Origin: an uncultured Candidatus Saccharibacteria bacterium
GTDB taxonomy: Bacteria; Patescibacteriota; Saccharimonadia; CAILAD01; JADZBC01
Reading direction: 5' to 3'
Length of the DNA stretch: 64,000 nt
Assembly (NCBI GenBank): GCA_964600985.1
Contig: CAZRJR010000002.1
Span: 40,867 to 104,866, forward strand
Both the position numbers and the translations under genes were made by a program. Position 1 is the stretch's first letter; every line of letters starts with the position of its first letter. Of the stretch, positions 48,912 to 59,727 are shown piece by piece. The notes beneath the pieces were generated by a model that was given only the letters and a program-made list of their open reading frames with translations, ran no database searches and was not told where the DNA came from.

Positions 48912-50078
48912 ATGGGGAAGCTAAGAACCATTACAGGCTGGGTGCTGGTGGTATTAGGGTGTTCTATGCTCTCGACCTTTGCCATTGTGCGCTGGACCGA
49001 GCAGCAAGTACTAGATACCAATAACTGGGTGGCAACTATGTCGGCGCTGCCTAAGAACCAGGCTGTGGCATGGTCAATTGGTACTAAATTGGTTGATGGT
49101 ATATTTGAGAAAGGAGACATTACCACAAACCTCGAAGAAGTATTGCCGCCCAAACTCGAGTTCTTAGCACCTACCATTTCTGGATTCTTGCGCACCAAAG
49201 CGAACGATCTAGCGACTCAAATAATCATGAGTAACAAGTTTGATCAGATTTGGTCGGACGCGAATCGCACTGCACACCAGAACTTAGTAAAAGTACTGCG
49301 TTCACCTGCGAAGTCGCAAGATGCCAAGTTGTTACCATATAAAATTAACTTAGCTAAAGCCCAAACTTGGTTGCAAAACGCCGCTGCCAAGACTGATAAC
49401 GCCAAGCTTTTACAGGCACAAGATACTGCCAAGGACGTAGTGGCATTCAACGCTAGCTTGCGTAGGGGCATCAACCAGCTGCGTGCCTTTGTGCGAACTG
49501 CCGACAGTTTATACATGCTATTGCCTTACGCGGTTCTGGCAGCGTTTTTGGCAGCCCTGGCTGTAGCTCACAAACGACTCAAGGTACTAATGGGCATAGG
49601 AATCGGCATAAGTGCGCTCAATGTTTTGGCAATCGCCGGCGTGAACGTGCTGCGCCCGGCACTTCTTAATTCTTTGCAGGACCAGTCGTATTCGCCCATA
49701 TTCAACGTGCTTTGGACGGAGCTTTCACAGCCGTTCCTGTCTTACGCACGCTACTTGGTAGTGGTGGGCTTTGTGGTCATACTCTTTGCACTTGCGCTGG
49801 GTCACAAATGGTTCTCGTACTTAGTGTCAGTCAAGGCCAAGCAGGCCGATTGGTACAAGTCTGTTGGGCAAATAGTTCGCAAAGCACGGACTATGCTCAT
49901 AGAATCTTCGAGCTACCTCTATGGCGGGGGAGTAGCAATAGCAGCACTGGTAATTGCCTTTGGTGGCTTCGAAAACTGGCAAGCGATTGCTCGCATCGTG
50001 CTCTTACTGGTCTCGTATTTGTGCGTGATCAGGCTTATTACATTACCCTTTGCTAGCTCAGCAAAAGCCTCTAAGTGA
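48912..50078 (+). CDS. Hypothetical membrane protein
   Basis: N-terminal TM, VLDTNNWVAT, FDQIWSDANRTAH, C-terminal TMs. Confidence 0.7.
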   Translation: MGKLRTITGWVLVVLGCSMLSTFAIVRWTEQQVLDTNNWVATMSALPKNQAVAWSIGTKLVDGIFEKGDITTNLEEVLPPKLEFLAPTISGFLRTKANDLATQIIMSNKFDQIWSDANRTAHQNLVKVLRSPAKSQDAKLLPYKINLAKAQTWLQNAAAKTDNAKLLQAQDTAKDVVAFNASLRRGINQLRAFVRTADSLYMLLPYAVLAAFLAALAVAHKRLKVLMGIGIGISALNVLAIAGVNVLRPALLNSLQDQSYSPIFNVLWTELSQPFLSYARYLVVVGFVVILFALALGHKWFSYLVSVKAKQADWYKSVGQIVRKARTMLIESSSYLYGGGVAIAALVIAFGGFENWQAIARIVLLLVSYLCVIRLITLPFASSAKASK

Positions 50079-50162
50079 GCTTAGCTTCAGCCAACATTCA
50101 GCTTGACAGTACGGTTCACCTAGGCGGACAATAGCAGTGTAATTAATCAAGGAGTTACACTC

Positions 50163-50561
50163 ATGGCAAGTAAAAATAACGTGACTGGCTGGGTCGGCTG
50201 GGTCTTCTTTGCAGGATTCATGATGACCATGCTTGGTACTTTCCAGATGATCGCCGGGCTTACGGTGCTTCTAAATAGCAAGTGGCTTGTAACCACAGAA
50301 TCAAGTCTGCTCTTGCTTAACTTTAGCACCTGGGGTTGGACCTATCTTCTGCTTGGCCTGGTAGTACTCTTGGCTGGCTTTGGGGTCATGAAGGGCTCAG
50401 TATGGGCCCGCGTAGCTGGTGTGCTGATTGCGCTTCTTAGTGCCGCTGCCAACTTAGCTTCGATCAATATTTACCCAATTTGGTCGATCATTATCATTGC
50501 GGTCAATGTATTGGTAATCTTTGCCCTTACTGTGCATGGCGACGAACTCAAAGAAGTATAG
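50163..50561 (+). CDS. DUF7144-like four-TM membrane protein
   Basis: GWVFFAG..G.FQ.IAGL, WGW, WARVAGV, YPIWSII. Confidence 0.7.
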   Translation: MASKNNVTGWVGWVFFAGFMMTMLGTFQMIAGLTVLLNSKWLVTTESSLLLLNFSTWGWTYLLLGLVVLLAGFGVMKGSVWARVAGVLIALLSAAANLASINIYPIWSIIIIAVNVLVIFALTVHGDELKEV

Positions 50562-50682
50562 TAAGTTCCAATTCCAGAGATCTATTCTGGTGAATACCCG
50601 AGCCTTTTAGGCCGGGTATTTGTTTTGGTAATAAAGGGGGCTGATACTTGACAAAAAAGCTAATAGGTTATATTATGTATAT

Positions 50683-50925
50683 ATGAATGCCTACCAAATA
50701 CTCGTTATCATCTTAGCAATTACCCTGGCGGTGTTTCTAATACTAGGAATTATTGCCGCATCTTTACTGATTGGCTTATTGCGCAATATGAAGCAAATTC
50801 CACCTAAGATTGAAGGGATAGTGGACAACTTCCAGGATGTAAGTGAAGCCATGCGCGACACTGCGGCACCGCTAATTATGATTGGCGACCTTATGAAGAA
50901 GTTCTTTCCGTCTAAAAAGCGCTAA
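50683..50925 (+). CDS. Small membrane protein
   Basis: TM plus coiled coil; TTGACA..TATTAT promoter just upstream. Confidence 0.65.
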   Translation: MNAYQILVIILAITLAVFLILGIIAASLLIGLLRNMKQIPPKIEGIVDNFQDVSEAMRDTAAPLIMIGDLMKKFFPSKKR

Positions 50926-50970
50926 TCTGTTCGTGATGATATAATGGACCCAAGTAAATAGGGTTTGACT

Positions 50971-51393
50971 ATGGTACAAATCAAGGCTAATAGTCCGGCC
51001 GACTATATAGCTCAACTACCTAAAGACCGCCAGGGCGATATAGAGCAGCTTGTAGCGTTGATTCAAAAAGAAGCTCCCGAACTCAAGCCAACTATGCAGT
51101 TTGGCATGATTGGCTTTGGCCCGTATCGTTATCGTTACGCAAGTGGTCGCGAAGGTGATTGGGCGCAAATAGCTGTAGCTGCCCAAAAGAACTATACATC
51201 TTTATATGTTTCGTGTGCGGATAGAGGCAAGTATTTGGCTGAGTCTTATAAGGATAAGTTGCCAAAGGCTAATATTGGCAAAAGCTGCATTCGATTTAAA
51301 AGACTCGCTGACTTGGATACTGCAGCCGTGCGGCAACTTATTGCTCAGGCGGCAGAGCTCTATAGCCCTAGTGTCGATAATTATGCAGGCTAA
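50971..51393 (+). CDS. DUF1801 domain protein
   Basis: MIGFGPYRYRYASGREGDW, QKNYTSLY, GKSCIRFK. Confidence 0.88.
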   Translation: MVQIKANSPADYIAQLPKDRQGDIEQLVALIQKEAPELKPTMQFGMIGFGPYRYRYASGREGDWAQIAVAAQKNYTSLYVSCADRGKYLAESYKDKLPKANIGKSCIRFKRLADLDTAAVRQLIAQAAELYSPSVDNYAG

Positions 51394-52090
51394 AGACGTC
51401 AAGGCTCAGCTCGCTAGCTTTGCCAGCCCTGAGCGTGCCAAGAGTTCAGCGTGGTTTTTTAAAACTGGCGCTGGACAATATGGCGAAGGTGATGAATTTA
51501 TAGGCGTGAACGTACCCGATCAGCGCCGGGTTGCCAAGCAGTTTGTAAATTTACCACTTAATGAGGCGGCAAAACTACTAGCTAGCAGCGTCCACGAGCA
51601 CCGCCTAACAGCTCTCATCATACTGGTTGCACAGTACAAGGTTGCAGCGGACGATGGTAAACAGCGCATATATGACTTTTACTTAGCCCACGCAGGCTGC
51701 GTGAATAATTGGGATTTGGTAGACAGCTCGGCGTCGTACATAGTAGGTGCGCATTTGTTCGATAAAGACCGTTCGTTGCTCTATGATTTAGCATACTCTG
51801 CGAGCTTGTGGGAGCGGCGCATAGCAATCATTGCCACCGCATACTTTATTGCTCGCGGGGAGAGTAATGACACGTTCGCGATCGCTGAAATTTTACTTAC
51901 CGATACGCATGACCTTATTCACAAAGCAGTGGGTTGGATGCTGCGTGAGGTGGGTAAAAGCTGTGGTCAGGAGGTTGAAGAGGAGTTTTTACACCAGTAT
52001 TATAAAAAAATGCCACGCACTATGCTACGCTACAGTATAGAGCGCTTCAGCCCAGAGCGCCGACAGCAATACCTAAAGGGCTTAATTTGA
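51383..52090 (+). CDS. DNA alkylation repair protein (AlkD-like)
   Basis: FFKTGAGQYGEGDEFIGV, NNWDLVDSSA, HKAVGWMLREVGK, MPRTMLRY. Confidence 0.92.
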   Translation: MQAKDVKAQLASFASPERAKSSAWFFKTGAGQYGEGDEFIGVNVPDQRRVAKQFVNLPLNEAAKLLASSVHEHRLTALIILVAQYKVAADDGKQRIYDFYLAHAGCVNNWDLVDSSASYIVGAHLFDKDRSLLYDLAYSASLWERRIAIIATAYFIARGESNDTFAIAEILLTDTHDLIHKAVGWMLREVGKSCGQEVEEEFLHQYYKKMPRTMLRYSIERFSPERRQQYLKGLI

Positions 52091-52097
52091 ATCAAGC

Positions 52098-52703
52098 ATG
52101 CAAACCGCCCATAACACCCAAGCCGAACCAGTAGTTACTAATGATGATGAAAAGATCATTTTCGTTGATCAAAACGGCAAGCCTACTGGCAAAGTAGGCC
52201 CTAAGCTGGCTAGTCACCACGCCGATACAGGGCTGCATCTGGCATTCTCATGCTATGTTTTTAACTCGCAAGGCAAATTACTGCTCACCCAGCGCGCCCA
52301 CGGCAAAAGGGTGTGGCCGGGCGTGTGGACTAATAGTGTGTGCGGCCATCCATTACCTGGTGAATCTCTCGAGGGCGCAATATGTAGACGCCTCGATTAT
52401 GAGCTTGGCATGCCGCCGGTATCTGGTTTAGCGCAGTTGGTGGGTAATTACATTTATAAAACTCCGCCGTACCGGGGTATAGTTGAGTACGAGTTTTGTC
52501 CCATCTATATGGGTGTGTCCGACAGCGAGCCTACTATGAACCCGCAGGAAGTAGCTGACTATAAATGGATAGGCCTAGATTGGCTTATTGCCGAGGCAGC
52601 CAAGCCCGATCCCAGCCACGTTTATTCGTACTGGATGAAGCAGCAACTTGAGCTTATTGCGAACCATGCTTCACTGCAGCGGTATCGTGGTCTAAGCGCC
52701 TAA
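52098..52703 (+). CDS. idi: Isopentenyl-diphosphate delta-isomerase (type 1)
   Basis: LHLAFSCYVF, WPGVWTNSVCGHP, EYEFCP. Confidence 0.93.
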   Translation: MQTAHNTQAEPVVTNDDEKIIFVDQNGKPTGKVGPKLASHHADTGLHLAFSCYVFNSQGKLLLTQRAHGKRVWPGVWTNSVCGHPLPGESLEGAICRRLDYELGMPPVSGLAQLVGNYIYKTPPYRGIVEYEFCPIYMGVSDSEPTMNPQEVADYKWIGLDWLIAEAAKPDPSHVYSYWMKQQLELIANHASLQRYRGLSA

Positions 52704-52769
52704 GCTTGAGTTGGTAGGGTAATTAGGGCACAATATGCGTACCGCAATCGTCGACACCTAGGGGGAAGA

Positions 52770-53195
52770 ATGCGGAAAGTCATGATGTGCTTAGTGGCGG
52801 CGGCTGCTGGCTACCTTGGGGTCTCCTACTGGGAGTCTAGAGGTGCCATCGCCAACACCTACAAGCGGCCCAACCCACGCCTCAACCGCGTGGGTGGGTC
52901 CGACGCAGCACTCTGGGCCGCGGGCGCTGCAGCCTTGCTGGCCTGGAACTGGCGATCGATTCCTGTGATCATCTGGGAGCGCCGCAAGCCGCTGGTGCTG
53001 CTGGGGTTCATCTTGGGCTGGCTGGCGTTCGACAGCACGGCCGAAGGCATTGAGAGGTTCGAGCGGTCCATGAGCAGCACCAGCATGGGCGAAGCGCCCA
53101 TGTGTCAGGCAGTATCACCTCGCCATCGAGCTTCTCGGGGCTCGGTGGCATTCGGGATTGATCCGAGCCGGGTTCTGCCAAGGGGTGAGTGGTGA
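52770..53195 (+). CDS. Hypothetical membrane protein, GC-rich
   Basis: AGGGGG RBS, hydrophobic segments. Confidence 0.5.
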   Translation: MRKVMMCLVAAAAGYLGVSYWESRGAIANTYKRPNPRLNRVGGSDAALWAAGAAALLAWNWRSIPVIIWERRKPLVLLGFILGWLAFDSTAEGIERFERSMSSTSMGEAPMCQAVSPRHRASRGSVAFGIDPSRVLPRGEW

Positions 53196-53408
53196 AGCGA
53201 GTAGTGGCAGCCGCAGCTCTGGTGGCAGTGGTAGCCCTCGGCTACAGGGCGGTTCGAACAGTGCGAGAGGAACAAGGCCCGCTTTTCGATGCTTCCTGGG
53301 ATGGGGTGAAGCGCAGTTCACAGTCCCAGGGCTACTGGAACAGCTGGTAGCACAAGAGGTTGGTTGGGGGAGAGATCCCCCAGCTAGCCACAACTAAACT
53401 CAATCAAA

Positions 53409-53837
53409 TTACTTTAAGAAATACCGATAGCTATTGGTATCTTTTTGTTTAAACCCATAGTTAGTATAGAGGCAGTTTGCAGCTTCACGTTTTGGCGCCG
53501 AGGTGAGCCTGAGTAGGCCCACATGTTTTGCTTTGGCCACGGCCATTATTTCGTCGAGCAAACGTTTGGCTATTCCCTGCCCGTGGTAACTAGTTAATAC
53601 CACCACATCATCGATGTCCCCAATCCTGGTACTGAGCGTTTCTACAATATTTACTACTGCGATGCCAACCAAATTCACACCATCCTTCGCCCCTATAACG
53701 ACTGTAGAGGGATTGCGGAGCGCAGCTCCATATTGGCTCGGGTTAATCGTATGGTTGGGGGACAACTCCTGCTTGAGCATAAATATTTCGTTCACGAGTT
53801 GATCGTTAAGTTCGGTGATTGGTCGAATTTCTATCAT
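53409..53837 (-). CDS. GNAT family N-acetyltransferase
   Basis: IDDVVV..YHGQGIAK, LTSAPKREAANCLY..YGF. Confidence 0.88.
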   Translation of the reverse strand: MIEIRPITELNDQLVNEIFMLKQELSPNHTINPSQYGAALRNPSTVVIGAKDGVNLVGIAVVNIVETLSTRIGDIDDVVVLTSYHGQGIAKRLLDEIMAVAKAKHVGLLRLTSAPKREAANCLYTNYGFKQKDTNSYRYFLK

Positions 53838-55036
53838 TCTTGTGGCTCTCCGGGGTAAAGTGTTGTGTTTTGCAGTTCCTTGGGCATAAACCCTTTGGGA
53901 TGCTCAAAGCCTGCTTCCCACTTGGCTCCTTTGCCATAGCCTAAATTCTTCATTAGTTTAGTGGGCGCATTGCGTAAATGGAGTGGTACGGTTGCATCGG
54001 GGAATTCGCGTACAGCAGCATTTGCGGCCATGATGGCGTCGTAGCTACTACGCGATTTTTTGCTTCGGGCCATAGTAATGGTGGCTTGCGAGAGGATAAT
54101 CTGACTCTCGGGCATGCCAATTCGCTCCACTGCCTGAAAAGCTGAGATAGCTAGGGTAAGTGCTCCGGGGCTAGCCAGGCCAACATCCTCGCTGGCAAAT
54201 ACTACCAGGCGTCGGGCTATGAACTTAGGGTCTTCACCGCCAGCTAGCATGCGCGCCAGGTAGTAGAGCGATGCGTCTACGTCGCCACCCCGCATGGATT
54301 TAATGTACGCTGAAATGAGATTGTAGTGGTACTCACCGCCCTTGTCGTAGCGAGTAGTTTTTTGCTGCATAGCCTGCTTAATCACGCTAGGGGTAATAAC
54401 TTTGTGCTCAATTGCAGCAGCCGCCTCGAGACCAGATAGTGCCATACGGGCGTCTCCGCCCGATAGCTCGGCGAGTAGGTCAATAGCCTCGGGCTCAACT
54501 TTTACTCTTCCTAGCTGCGAGACTGCGCGCGTGAGTATGGCGACCAGACTATCCTTACTGAGAGGCTCAAGTACAACTACACGCGATCGACTCAGCAAAG
54601 GGCCAATTACTTCGAAGCTTGGGTTCTCGGTGGTGGCACCAATCATAACGATCGTACCGTTCTCTACATGAGGCAAGAATGCGTCTTGTTGAGCTTTGTT
54701 GAATCGGTGAATTTCATCTACAAACAAGACGGTATTTATATTTTCGGCCTTAAGCTCCTGAGCGTGCGCTATTACCTTCTTCACGTCTGCCAGGCCAGAG
54801 GTAACAGCGCTAATTTCTACGAAATCGAAGTTACCCGAGCGGGCAATTATGCGCGCTAAGGTAGTTTTGCCTGTTCCTGGCGGCCCCCATAGAATCATAC
54901 TGACCGGCTTGCCTTGCTCAATTACGCTGCGCAAGAACTGATTTGCGCCCACTATATGTTCCTGGCCAACTACATCGGCAAGCTGGGTAGGGCGCATGCG
55001 CTCGGCTAGGGGAGTGGAAGGTTCGGTTTTTTTCAT
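53834..55036 (-). CDS. rarA: Replication-associated recombination protein A (AAA+ ATPase)
   Basis: PLAERMRP, GPPGTGKTT, DEIHRFNKAQQD, ATTENPSF, VPLHLRNAPT. Confidence 0.96.
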   Translation of the reverse strand: MKKTEPSTPLAERMRPTQLADVVGQEHIVGANQFLRSVIEQGKPVSMILWGPPGTGKTTLARIIARSGNFDFVEISAVTSGLADVKKVIAHAQELKAENINTVLFVDEIHRFNKAQQDAFLPHVENGTIVMIGATTENPSFEVIGPLLSRSRVVVLEPLSKDSLVAILTRAVSQLGRVKVEPEAIDLLAELSGGDARMALSGLEAAAAIEHKVITPSVIKQAMQQKTTRYDKGGEYHYNLISAYIKSMRGGDVDASLYYLARMLAGGEDPKFIARRLVVFASEDVGLASPGALTLAISAFQAVERIGMPESQIILSQATITMARSKKSRSSYDAIMAANAAVREFPDATVPLHLRNAPTKLMKNLGYGKGAKWEAGFEHPKGFMPKELQNTTLYPGEPQE

Positions 55037-55142
55037 GGTACTAGTGTATCACCGAACTCAGAGCGAATAAAATGCTTGTGCTAGTGATTTTGTTGCAGTC
55101 ATGATATAAAATGTTCAACTCGTATCCAGGAAGGGAGGGGTT

Positions 55143-55514
55143 ATGCCAAGTCGGCATGGAGATCAAACGATCTACTGCATAGCCGGTCGTTACTATTCTA
55201 TGGTGGGCCCGCACCCGAGCCAACTTCGGCATGGATCTGAGTTTAGGGCTGCTTGCGACGAACTTGATCACTACCAAGGTGGCTATGGTCGTGGATTCGT
55301 AATTGATGCGATGTGGCGTGTGGAACAAGATCGGCTTGCTACTAAGTATGAAGTTGAGCGACTCACTTCGACAACTACAAAGAGCAATCCACTTGCTTCA
55401 TTCGGACAGTTTCGTATCCTTACACTCGTCCAATGCAGAGGCGGACACCTCGACTATCGACCGAAGCATCGCTTGCGATACTTGTGGTGGGTATCGTCGG
55501 TGTTGGCAAAGTAG
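55143..55514 (+). CDS. Hypothetical protein
   Basis: GGGAGG RBS, 123-aa ORF. Confidence 0.45.
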   Translation: MPSRHGDQTIYCIAGRYYSMVGPHPSQLRHGSEFRAACDELDHYQGGYGRGFVIDAMWRVEQDRLATKYEVERLTSTTTKSNPLASFGQFRILTLVQCRGGHLDYRPKHRLRYLWWVSSVLAK

Positions 55515-55635
55515 TTAGGGCGAGGCGGGCCAATCGGAGCCGCTAGCCCCGGGTCTTAGGAACTTCCTAAGACCCTTTTGCGTGTCTGGAGTTTGCTGTG
55601 CAAAAAAGGTATAGTTAAGTTCAAGAGGAGTAGGT

Positions 55636-56040
55636 ATGACTGGTAGTGAAAAGTCACTTGTGCAAAAGCTAGGTATAAAACCAGAGTACTGCATTACTAT
55701 CATTAACCCACCTGATAACTTCGAGGATCAGTTGACTGACTTGCCTGATTCGGTGCGCATAGAGAACTTCCTAGAGGAAGTTGATTTTGACCTCATACAT
55801 TACTTTGCGCAAGATCGCGCAGAGCTCGAACAACAGTTCGATTACCTCAAAAACTGCCTAAACCCTAATGGTATATTATGGCTGTCATGGCCCAAAAAGA
55901 CATCAAAGCTACAAAGTGACCTAGACGACGCCCAGGTGCGTGAAATTGGTCTGGCTGGCGGTTTAGTAGACGTTAAGGTATGCGCAATCGATGACGATTG
56001 GTCGGCACTCAAGTTTGTGTTTCGTAAGGAAGATAGGTAG
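55636..56040 (+). CDS. DUF3052 family protein
   Basis: LVQKLGIKP, LWLSWPKKTS, GLVDVKVCAIDDDWSALKF. Confidence 0.85.
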   Translation: MTGSEKSLVQKLGIKPEYCITIINPPDNFEDQLTDLPDSVRIENFLEEVDFDLIHYFAQDRAELEQQFDYLKNCLNPNGILWLSWPKKTSKLQSDLDDAQVREIGLAGGLVDVKVCAIDDDWSALKFVFRKEDR

Positions 56041-56340
56041 AAGTTAGTCTAAGGCACGATCTAAGCGGTCGCGTTCGGCAATTAAGGAGTCAAATGCCCG
56101 TGCGCTCATAGCCTTGCAGTTTTCTTCTGTGGTCGGCTGTGGGGCGTAGTATTTATCAAGCTCGCTTTTTACCACCTCGAGGCGAGAAGCGATTTGTTCT
56201 TGTGTCATGCTTGCTACATCCATATGTATCTAGTATAGGCGCTTTTGGCGTAATAGTCACGCGTACTATGGGACAAACAAGGGAAAACCCGCCTCGCGTA
56301 CGAGACGGGGTCCCTGGTACGAAGCGGGTGTGTTGTTGGC

Positions 56341-57027
56341 CTAACTCGGCCGCTTGAGGCCGAGTCGCCAGAGAGTGAAGCGCTCGGCGGGGCGGATGAG
56401 TGCAAACTTGTCGCCCTTACCGTCGCCCCCGATCGGATTCACCAGTACGGCGTTCCAACCCATCAGGATTGGCCGCAGGCAGTCGAAGCGGAACTTGTCG
56501 CCGACCACCATGATCTCGGAGCGCTTCACGGTCTTGCCTTTGATCTCTCGTGTGAGGGCGCTCAAGTCGCTCCGAAAGGTGATCCGCCAGGGCTTACGCG
56601 GCCACTTGCCGAACGCCCAGGGCGGCCAGAACACCTTCTGTGGTTGCTGGAGAAGCACGACTTCGAAGCCAACGGCTTTGAGCTGATGGATCATCTCGTC
56701 GAAATCGCCGGTGTATCTGCCCGAGTAATAGGGCGAAGTGCCTTCTTTCACGGACTTCTTCACGAGCTTGCGTTTCTTGTTGGTGCGCAGGATGATGTAG
56801 TGGTAGCCAGCGCTGTAGGCACGAGCGAAGGTATCGAGGATGTCGACCGAGAGCACGCTATGCCCTCGTGGGGCGATGGTGTTCTCGATGTCACAGACCA
56901 GCAGCTTGCCGGGCGACTCGAGGAAGTTGATCTTCTGGAACACCCTGACCAGTTGCAATTGGCCGGCTTCCTGTGCCAGCCGCGCCTTGCGGCGAGTAAG
57001 CACTCGTCCTTTAATTCGCTGTGCCAC
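56341..57027 (-). CDS. Divergent HAD-superfamily (YqeG-like) protein
   Basis: CDIENT, RTN, RKP, VVGDKFRFD; AGGAGG RBS; GC-rich. Confidence 0.6.
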   Translation of the reverse strand: MAQRIKGRVLTRRKARLAQEAGQLQLVRVFQKINFLESPGKLLVCDIENTIAPRGHSVLSVDILDTFARAYSAGYHYIILRTNKKRKLVKKSVKEGTSPYYSGRYTGDFDEMIHQLKAVGFEVVLLQQPQKVFWPPWAFGKWPRKPWRITFRSDLSALTREIKGKTVKRSEIMVVGDKFRFDCLRPILMGWNAVLVNPIGGDGKGDKFALIRPAERFTLWRLGLKRPS

Positions 57028-57130
57028 TTGGGCACCTCCTTGGTTTGGAGGCCTTCAATCCTGAATAGGCGGCCAAGTGGCCACATCATACCAGCTTCCG
57101 AGGTAATTACCAAGCATAAGAGAAATTATA

Positions 57131-58696
57131 CTACCGCTTCGGGGTAGTCGTACTTGTACTCGGGGCGGTTTTGGCTACGTAGTCGCTACCAAGGATTACT
57201 ACAAAGTCAGCGGGCGCAACAGCGGCTTTACCAGTCGTAGTAGCTGGTGGTGGAGTAGGCGCTACGCCAACCAGGCTTTGTAGGTAAGCAGCGGTAGCGG
57301 GCTTTTTGCCACCAGTGTAGTCAATAATCTGGCTCGTGGCATAGTCTTTCGTGGTGGCATTGGTGAGCGCGATTATATCCATCAGGTCGCTATAAATGCC
57401 CTTGTTGATTGTGTTGCTTAGGGTCTTGGCTACACCTATGGTAGTAGTGCCGTTCTCGATGATTACCGTTGGTTCTTCTTTCCACATTGGGCCCAGTGTA
57501 AATACGTTGGCTACAAAGTTCTGAATGGAGCTAAAGCTACCACCGGCTGGCAGGAGGTCGCTTGTACCACCCGGGTCACTTATTAGAAATCCGTTTGGCT
57601 TAAGGCTAAACACCACATTTATAGTGCTGCCGTCACTCAATTTCTTAGAAAAGTCGTTTAGGCGCATCATGTTGTTAATACTTAGGTCGGTTTTGATGTT
57701 GTTGGCAGCCGAGCCGAGTAAGGCATTGAGCTTGGCCGGGTTAGCAAGAGTGTCCAGACTCATGGCCTTAGTGCGCACTGCCTGGAGCACTTGCTGTTGG
57801 CGTAGCGCTCGGCCGAAGTCGTCGCCACAGGTACCCTTGCGGCAGCGAGCGTACCTAAGGGCTAATGCCCCATCCATGTGGATTTGGCCTGGGTTGAGCT
57901 TAAAGCCGCAGCTTCGGCTCTCGTTTTTGTCGCACGGATATTCGGGGTCGTAGAGTCGATCAGTTACATTTATGTCAACGCCACCCACGGCGTCCACAGC
58001 TTGCTTAAGTCCCGAGAAGTTGGCACGCACATAGTAGTGAATGGGGATATCAAGCGTTTGCTCGACCGTCTTGATTGCTAGGGGAATGTCGCCCTCAGCA
58101 TGCGCGTTGTTGATCTTCTGGGAGCCATAGCCCGGAATCTTTACTCGTAAGTCACGTGGTATGCTAATCATAGCTACCTTGTCGTTCTTGGTGTCTAGAC
58201 TAATTACCATGTTCGTATCGGCTAAATCTTCGCCGGCGTGACCGGGATCACCCACACCGAGTAAGAGAATGTTCACACGTCCATCGGCTTCGCCTTTGAG
58301 CTTGCCCCAGCTAAACGGATTAGAGGTAATGCGAGTAACTTGTACTGAGAGCAGCGCGAACACCGCAATCCCGCCAAGCACCAATAGCCCAAGCAGCCAC
58401 TTCCACCAATGGCGTTTTAGCTTGCCCTTTGGTTTGGTGGTCTGGTTGGCGCCCTCGTAGGGTTTGCGGCCAGCAACCTTGCGCTTGCCGCCAAAGAGTT
58501 TGTGGCGTGAACTTTTAGGCAGGGGAGCAATGTGTGTACTGGGCTGACCGAGTTCTGGCTCGGGCTGGGTGTTAAGCGCCGGCCCTGAGCTTAGTGGATC
58601 GTAGGTAAATGCCGGTGGTGGTGTCTCGATATCTGGAGCTTTGGTTGGTTGTTTGGCCAACTGCTTAGGGGGCTTTCTGGGTGTAATGTCACGCAT
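57131..58696 (-). CDS. LCP (LytR-CpsA-Psr) family protein with LytR C-terminal domain
   Basis: NILLLG, ADTNM, SIPRD, KINNA, VDAVGGV, DDFGRALRQQ. Confidence 0.93.
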   Translation of the reverse strand: MRDITPRKPPKQLAKQPTKAPDIETPPPAFTYDPLSSGPALNTQPEPELGQPSTHIAPLPKSSRHKLFGGKRKVAGRKPYEGANQTTKPKGKLKRHWWKWLLGLLVLGGIAVFALLSVQVTRITSNPFSWGKLKGEADGRVNILLLGVGDPGHAGEDLADTNMVISLDTKNDKVAMISIPRDLRVKIPGYGSQKINNAHAEGDIPLAIKTVEQTLDIPIHYYVRANFSGLKQAVDAVGGVDINVTDRLYDPEYPCDKNESRSCGFKLNPGQIHMDGALALRYARCRKGTCGDDFGRALRQQQVLQAVRTKAMSLDTLANPAKLNALLGSAANNIKTDLSINNMMRLNDFSKKLSDGSTINVVFSLKPNGFLISDPGGTSDLLPAGGSFSSIQNFVANVFTLGPMWKEEPTVIIENGTTTIGVAKTLSNTINKGIYSDLMDIIALTNATTKDYATSQIIDYTGGKKPATAAYLQSLVGVAPTPPPATTTGKAAVAPADFVVILGSDYVAKTAPSTSTTTPKR

Positions 58697-58739
58697 AAGT
58701 ACTTAACATTATAGGCTAAAACGTATAGAATATGACGCT

Positions 58740-59720
58740 ATGAACAAAAAAAGTTTTACTAACATCTGGGCTGAACTTACGAAGCCATTTTTTGTACTGG
58801 CACCGCTTGACGATGTGAGCGACACGGTGTTTCGGCAAGTAGTGGCGCGGGCGGCTAAGCCCGATCTATTCTTTACAGAGTTTACCAATGTCGATGGTTA
58901 CTTTTCAGCAGGGCAGGCTTCGGTAGCGCGTAAGCTGCGTTGGGATAGCGAGACGGAGCAACCGCTCGTTGCCCAAATATGGGGTAAGAACCCCGAAAAC
59001 TATTACAAGATGGCCCAGGAGCTTACTCAGCAAGGCTTTGTAGGTATTGATATTAACATGGGCTGTCCGGAGCGGAGCGTGGTAAAGAGTGGCAATGGCG
59101 CCGGAGTAATTGGTGACTATGCTCGGGCCAAGGAGATTATCCGTGCTACGCAGGAGGGGGCAGCTGGCAAGTTGCCGGTAAGTGTAAAGACTCGAATTGG
59201 CATTGACAAGATTATGACCGAGGATTGGGCGAGCTTTTTGCTCGGCTTGGACCTGGCGAACCTTACGATCCATGGTCGTACAGCCAGAGAAATGAGCAAA
59301 GTGCCAGCTCACTGGGACGAGATTGGCAAGGCCGTTGCATTGCGAGACAAGCTAGCACCCAACACTACCATTGTAGGGAATGGCGACGTAGCAAGTCGGG
59401 CAGAGGGTTTGGAACGGGTGGAAGCCTATGGCGTAGATGGCATTATGATTGGCCGCGGGATCTTCCATAACATCTTTGTGTTTGAGCAAGCTCTGCAGCA
59501 ACACACTTCTGCGGAGCTGATCGAAATACTTAAATTCCACCTAGGTTTGCATGAGCAGACTTGGGGTGGTCAAAAGCGCTTTGAGCCACTCAAGAAGTTT
59601 TTTAAGATTTATATTAAGGACTTTCCGAATGCATCAGAGTTTCGAGCAGAACTCATGGAGTGTAGGGATTATGCCGAAGCAAAAACAGTGATCGCCCGCT
59701 GGGAGCCTAGCTTGATATAA
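58740..59720 (+). CDS. dus: tRNA-dihydrouridine synthase
   Basis: LAPLDDV, IDINMGCP, SVKTRIG, IHGRT, GNGDV, GIMIGRG. Confidence 0.93.
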   Translation: MNKKSFTNIWAELTKPFFVLAPLDDVSDTVFRQVVARAAKPDLFFTEFTNVDGYFSAGQASVARKLRWDSETEQPLVAQIWGKNPENYYKMAQELTQQGFVGIDINMGCPERSVVKSGNGAGVIGDYARAKEIIRATQEGAAGKLPVSVKTRIGIDKIMTEDWASFLLGLDLANLTIHGRTAREMSKVPAHWDEIGKAVALRDKLAPNTTIVGNGDVASRAEGLERVEAYGVDGIMIGRGIFHNIFVFEQALQQHTSAELIEILKFHLGLHEQTWGGQKRFEPLKKFFKIYIKDFPNASEFRAELMECRDYAEAKTVIARWEPSLI

Positions 59721-59727
59721 TGCCAAC